A DNA stretch of 64,000 bases, from positions 1,292,321-1,356,320 of the forward strand of contig BCKQ01000004.1 of NCBI GenBank assembly GCA_001600695.1, given 5' to 3'. The number at the start of each line of letters is the position of its first letter. Position 1 is the first letter of the stretch. A program made the position numbers and the translations under genes. The notes beneath the pieces were generated by a model that saw nothing but the letters and a program-made list of their open reading frames with translations, ran no database searches and was not told the DNA's origin. Below are positions 59,785 to 64,000 of this stretch, one piece after another. The DNA comes from Ascoidea asiatica JCM 7603 (Eukaryota > Fungi > Ascomycota).

Positions 59785-61305
59785 ATGTTGTTTCTTAAAA
59801 AAATATTTGAAAAATTCATTTTCATAAATTATTTAAATTTTATCTCAATTCATTATATATACATAATTTCAATTGCTTTAATTGGTTCAATTTTAATTTA
59901 TATTTCAAATCCATCTTGGTCTAAAGAAGAAAATATTAAAATTTCATATATTGATTCATTATTTTTAAGTTCTTTAGCTTCAACTGAAGCTGGTTTAAAT
60001 ACAATTGATTTAAATTTATTATCAACTTTTCAACAATTTATAATTTATTTATGTTCTTTATTAACAAATCAAATTTTAATAAATTTATTTATTTTAATTT
60101 TTAGATTTTATTCTTTTAAAAATTATTTTAAAATTAATAATAAAAATAATAAAAATAATAATATTGAATATAAATCAATTGAATTACTTATAAAAATTTT
60201 AATTATTTATTATTTTGGAATTAATTTATTAAGTTCAATTATTTTATTACCATGGATTTCAAATTCAATTTCAATTTCAAATTTAAATTATATTAATAAA
60301 TTTAATTTATCTTATATTTGGTGGAGTTTTTTTACAATAAATTCTGCTTTTAATAATTTAGGTTTTACTTTAACTCCAGATAATATGATTTCATTTAATT
60401 CTTCAATTTATCCTTTATTAATATTAAGTTTTTTAATTATTATTGGTAATACTGGTTTTCCAATTTTTTTAAGATTTATAATTTGGTTTTTATTAAAAAT
60501 TTCAAAAAAAAAAAATAATTATAATAAATCTTTAAAATTTTTATTAAAATTTCCAAGAAGATGTTTTACATTATTATTTCCAAAAATTCCAACAATTTTT
60601 TTATTATTAATACTTTTATTATTAAATTTAACTGATTTTATTATATTTTTAATTCTTGATTTATATAATAAATCATTATTATCAATTAAATTAAATTATA
60701 GAATTTTTGATATTATGTTTCAATCAATTAGTACAAGAACTGCTGGTTTTGGAATTTTTAATTTAGCAGATTTACATCCTGCAATTCAAGTAAGTTATAT
60801 GTTAATGATGTATATATCTGCATTACCTTTAACAATTTCAATAAGACAAACAAATATTTATGAAGAAGAATCTTTAGGTATTTATTATCTTAAAACAAAA
60901 GAAGATTGTGAAAATTTGAAAGAAAATAAAGCAAAAACTTTTTTCAAAACACATTTAAAAAATCAATTAAGTCATGATTTATGGTTTATTTTTATTTGTT
61001 TATTTATAATTTGTATTGCAGAAAATAAAAGATTAAGTGATTTAACTCAAACAAGTTTTACAATTTTTCAAGTTTTATTTGAAATTGTTTCAGCATATGG
61101 TACTGTTGGTTTATCATTAGGTTATCCAAATACTAATGCTTCATTCTCTGCACAATTTTCAATAATTTCAAAATTAGTTATTATTGCAGTTGCAATTAGA
61201 GGTCGTCATAGAGGATTACCATATGCTATTGATAGAGCTTTAGCTACACCATCGAAAGAATTAATTGAAAGAGATGAAGTTGAAGATTCATATATTCCAG
61301 CTTAA
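59785..61305 (+). CDS. Trk/HKT-family K+ transporter, compact form
   Basis: Four pore loops: STEAGLNT, SAFNNLGFTL, STRTAGF, FEIVSAYGTVGLSLGYP; RGRHRGLPYAIDRA. Confidence 0.9.
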   Translation: MLFLKKIFEKFIFINYLNFISIHYIYIISIALIGSILIYISNPSWSKEENIKISYIDSLFLSSLASTEAGLNTIDLNLLSTFQQFIIYLCSLLTNQILINLFILIFRFYSFKNYFKINNKNNKNNNIEYKSIELLIKILIIYYFGINLLSSIILLPWISNSISISNLNYINKFNLSYIWWSFFTINSAFNNLGFTLTPDNMISFNSSIYPLLILSFLIIIGNTGFPIFLRFIIWFLLKISKKKNNYNKSLKFLLKFPRRCFTLLFPKIPTIFLLLILLLLNLTDFIIFLILDLYNKSLLSIKLNYRIFDIMFQSISTRTAGFGIFNLADLHPAIQVSYMLMMYISALPLTISIRQTNIYEEESLGIYYLKTKEDCENLKENKAKTFFKTHLKNQLSHDLWFIFICLFIICIAENKRLSDLTQTSFTIFQVLFEIVSAYGTVGLSLGYPNTNASFSAQFSIISKLVIIAVAIRGRHRGLPYAIDRALATPSKELIERDEVEDSYIPA

Positions 61306-61427
61306 ACTACTAAACTTTTTAGATTCCATAGATTTAATAAACTCAATAAACTTTTTAGAATTTATAAATTTATTTCAGTTATTTCCATAATTAAATAAAA
61401 AAAAAAAAAAAGAAAAAGAAAGAAGAA

Positions 61428-61462
61428 TGCTCTGGGAGAGGCTCGAACTCTCGACCTTCAGC
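61428..61462 (-). pseudogene. tRNA 3'-half relic (resembles elongator tRNA-Met)
   Basis: GCTGA-AGGTC-GAGAG-TTCGAGC-CTCTC-CCAGAGC-A then a T-rich terminator; no matching D-arm or 5' acceptor strand upstream. Confidence 0.65.
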
Positions 61463-61574
61463 AACCTCACAGATCCGAGGCCTGGGGTGTTCTTAGAAGG
61501 CAGTAATGATAAATAATATTTATTTAAAATTGTTATGATAGTTTTTTTGAAGTTTTTTCTTAAAGCATTAATTT

Positions 61575-61648
61575 GGTCCCTTGGCCCAGTTGGTTAAGGC
61601 ATCGTGCTAATAACGCGGGGATCAGCAGTTCGATCCTGCTAGGGACCT
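61575..61648 (+). tRNA. tRNA-Ile(AAT), discriminator position T instead of A
   Basis: Identical to the other Ile genes through ...GGGACC, followed by TTTTT. Confidence 0.9.
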
Positions 61649-62364
61649 TTTTCTTTTTATTTTTTTGTTATTTCTTAAATTAAGCTCAAATGTTCGTAGA
61701 TTATAACTTCTATTCAGGATATATTAACTGTGAGTGAAAATGATACATTCAAAAGCTATTCAAAACTGAAAATATAAATAAAGGATAATTATAAAAGGAA
61801 TATGTAATTTTACAAAGTATATACAATAATAAATCCATTAAAATTCCTCATTTAATCAAAACTTATTTCCATTAGCATACTATTTGTTAACTTAATATAT
61901 TTTTATTTTTTTGTTCCTGAAGGTAAAATATATATTAAGCCATCACTGTCTTTGTTCTCTTCATCTCAAAATATATTGAAAGTACGCAATGAAAATTATC
62001 AATTATTAATTATTTACGTCATTTATTAGTAACTTCAAGATCTATTATCCGATTATCTGACATACTTTCCCTCTAACAAAAATCAAAAACTAATAGTTCT
62101 TGAAGCTCGATTGATTCACTTCATTGAGACCTAAAAAAATCAGTAAAATAGAAATAATTTAACTTAACCATAATCATACCATAATCATGTCATAAGCATA
62201 TCATAGTCTTACTTGATATTTTAATTACCAAAATTTTTACATCTTTTCATAACTGAAACACCAACTAGATTAAATTAATCATATATTCTTTGTATCAGAA
62301 GAAAATTCATATTATTTAACAAATTTCTCCTAAAAGATCAAGTTGCTATACATAATGTCTTTCT

Positions 62365-64000
62365 TTATTTAATATTATAGCTTTTAACAGTTTTATTAAG
62401 TCTATCTTGAGACTTTTTATCTATTTGTCCTTTATCTGGTAAATTCATTGACTTCCTTCTAGTTATATTAACCATAGCTTGTCTTGGATGATGAGCTCCA
62501 TGTGGAAAATATAATGCATCAATTGGTGGTAAATAATACATCTTTGATAAAGGTATATATACATATCCTTCATCTTCATTTTCTTCTTTTTCATTTATTT
62601 CAACTATATTTTGTTGAATTTCTTTACTTTCATCTATTTCCATGTTATTAGATTTCGGAATATTCAATTTAGAATAACTCTCAAAAGCACTCTTTTCTTT
62701 CAACACCTCATTAGAAAAATTAACTTTACTTTTATTATCCATATTAATATCAATGTCTTCTTTCTTAGTATTACAATCAGTACTTAAACCTTTTTCATTT
62801 ACAATTTCATCATCATTATCATTGTCATCAATTTTAGTATTACAAGATAAATCTTCAGTCTCATCTGTATCAAATTTTTTAATCAAATTAATCTGATTAT
62901 TTTTATCATTATTATCAATTATCAAAGATTCCTCATTTTTCTTTATTTTTTTACTTTTAACTTCACTTTTAGTTATTAATATATCTCTTCGTTTATTATA
63001 AAAACTTGGATTTCTACCTCTAACTTGAATTGGACTAGATCTAAGAGAACTTATCAAATATTTATTATTACTTTCATCAATAACATGTAATGCAATAACA
63101 ATATAATAAAAATTTTGAAACATTAAAAATCTACCATTATTTGGTGTTGCACTTTTAAATTGAGTTTTCCTTAATGAAAATGATAATTTATTTTTATCTT
63201 TGATTAAATCATTAGAAAAATCAAATGTAGATGAATTTAATTGAATTGATTTATTAGATTTTTTTGATAATTTCCTTATTTCTTTATGTTCACTAGAATT
63301 ACTATTATTAACATGACCTTTATCAATATTATCTTCATTATTACAATCTTTATTACAATCTTTATTAGAGTCTTTACTTGAATTTTCATCAAATATTAGT
63401 AAATCTACTATATCATTAGAAAAATTAGTTGTTGCATAGACAGATAATCTGAAAGATTTAAATTTATTTTTAATTTTTCTTCTTTTTGTAACATTTCCAA
63501 CTTGATTGTGGTTTGCTTTTTCCATTTCAACTTCCTTTCCTTTCTCTTTTTCATTTTCATTTTCATTTTTATTTTTATTTTCATTTTCAAAATCGTAATC
63601 ATAATCATAGTTTCTAATATTGTACCTACTTGAGTTAAAATTTTCTTTTTCAATTATAGAAATGAATTTTATTTTAGAAAATTTTTCAAAGCATAATGAT
63701 CCTGTTATATGAATAAAATTTCTTCTATAACAAGATATTGATGTTTTCTTTTTATTTTTTGAAGTTGCTTCAAAATTTGGATTTATTTTTTCATTGAAAT
63801 TAGTATTATTTATATATATATCATTTGATAATGTATAAAGAAATCTACCATCAATTTCTCCTTCTAATTTGAATTTAATTTCTTCATTTTTATCATTTAA
63901 TAATTTTATTCTATTATGCAGTTCAAATATTGATTCGATTTGAGTATTATTAGATATTATAGATTCATTACTATCATTTGAATTTCCACTAGGTTCATTA
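62365..64000 (-). CDS. Ndt80/PhoG-family transcription factor, 5' end beyond the window
   Basis: Frame is open from the window end to 62365; EIDGRF, SCYRRNFI, RKTQFKSATPNNGR...QNFYYIVIAL, SSPIQVRGRNPSFY. Confidence 0.85.
   Translation of the reverse strand, partial: NEPSGNSNDSNESIISNNTQIESIFELHNRIKLLNDKNEEIKFKLEGEIDGRFLYTLSNDIYINNTNFNEKINPNFEATSKNKKKTSISCYRRNFIHITGSLCFEKFSKIKFISIIEKENFNSSRYNIRNYDYDYDFENENKNKNENENEKEKGKEVEMEKANHNQVGNVTKRRKIKNKFKSFRLSVYATTNFSNDIVDLLIFDENSSKDSNKDCNKDCNNEDNIDKGHVNNSNSSEHKEIRKLSKKSNKSIQLNSSTFDFSNDLIKDKNKLSFSLRKTQFKSATPNNGRFLMFQNFYYIVIALHVIDESNNKYLISSLRSSPIQVRGRNPSFYNKRRDILITKSEVKSKKIKKNEESLIIDNNDKNNQINLIKKFDTDETEDLSCNTKIDDNDNDDEIVNEKGLSTDCNTKKEDIDINMDNKSKVNFSNEVLKEKSAFESYSKLNIPKSNNMEIDESKEIQQNIVEINEKEENEDEGYVYIPLSKMYYLPPIDALYFPHGAHHPRQAMVNITRRKSMNLPDKGQIDKKSQDRLNKTVKSYNIK

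Overview
Very AT-rich budding-yeast (Saccharomycotina) chromosomal DNA: poly-Asn-rich proteins, rare spliceosomal introns, very few CTG codons. The style resembles Ascoidea-type yeasts, but that is inference. It holds about 28 protein genes and 11 intron-less tRNA genes, all tRNAs lying in the right half. Recognisable genes include RIB2 (split by a frameshift), UBI4, PRP9, GET1, ISN1, STE3, an NBL1-like gene, a TRK K+ transporter, a D-amino-acid oxidase, hexose and maltose permeases, a SET/MYND methyltransferase and a 5'-truncated NDT80-family factor. The most unusual elements: (1) three copies of a bacterial-type DIP1984-family gene. Two form a near-identical inverted repeat around about 28 kb and carry different upstream elements (MSE/Yap-like vs a perfect Rpn4 PACE); the third is older, AT-adapted and sits between tRNA genes. 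(2) A glycine-zipper paralog 5-6 kb upstream of two DIP1984 copies in mirrored layout. (3) A 1485-aa small heat-shock protein with two perfect HSEs. (4) A divergent velvet-domain gene. (5) A catalytically degenerate pogo/Fot1 transposase derivative. (6) Repeated tRNA-Ile to tRNA-Pro brackets around variable cargo genes. (7) A tRNA 3'-half relic. All family calls come from motif recognition by eye, not database searches.
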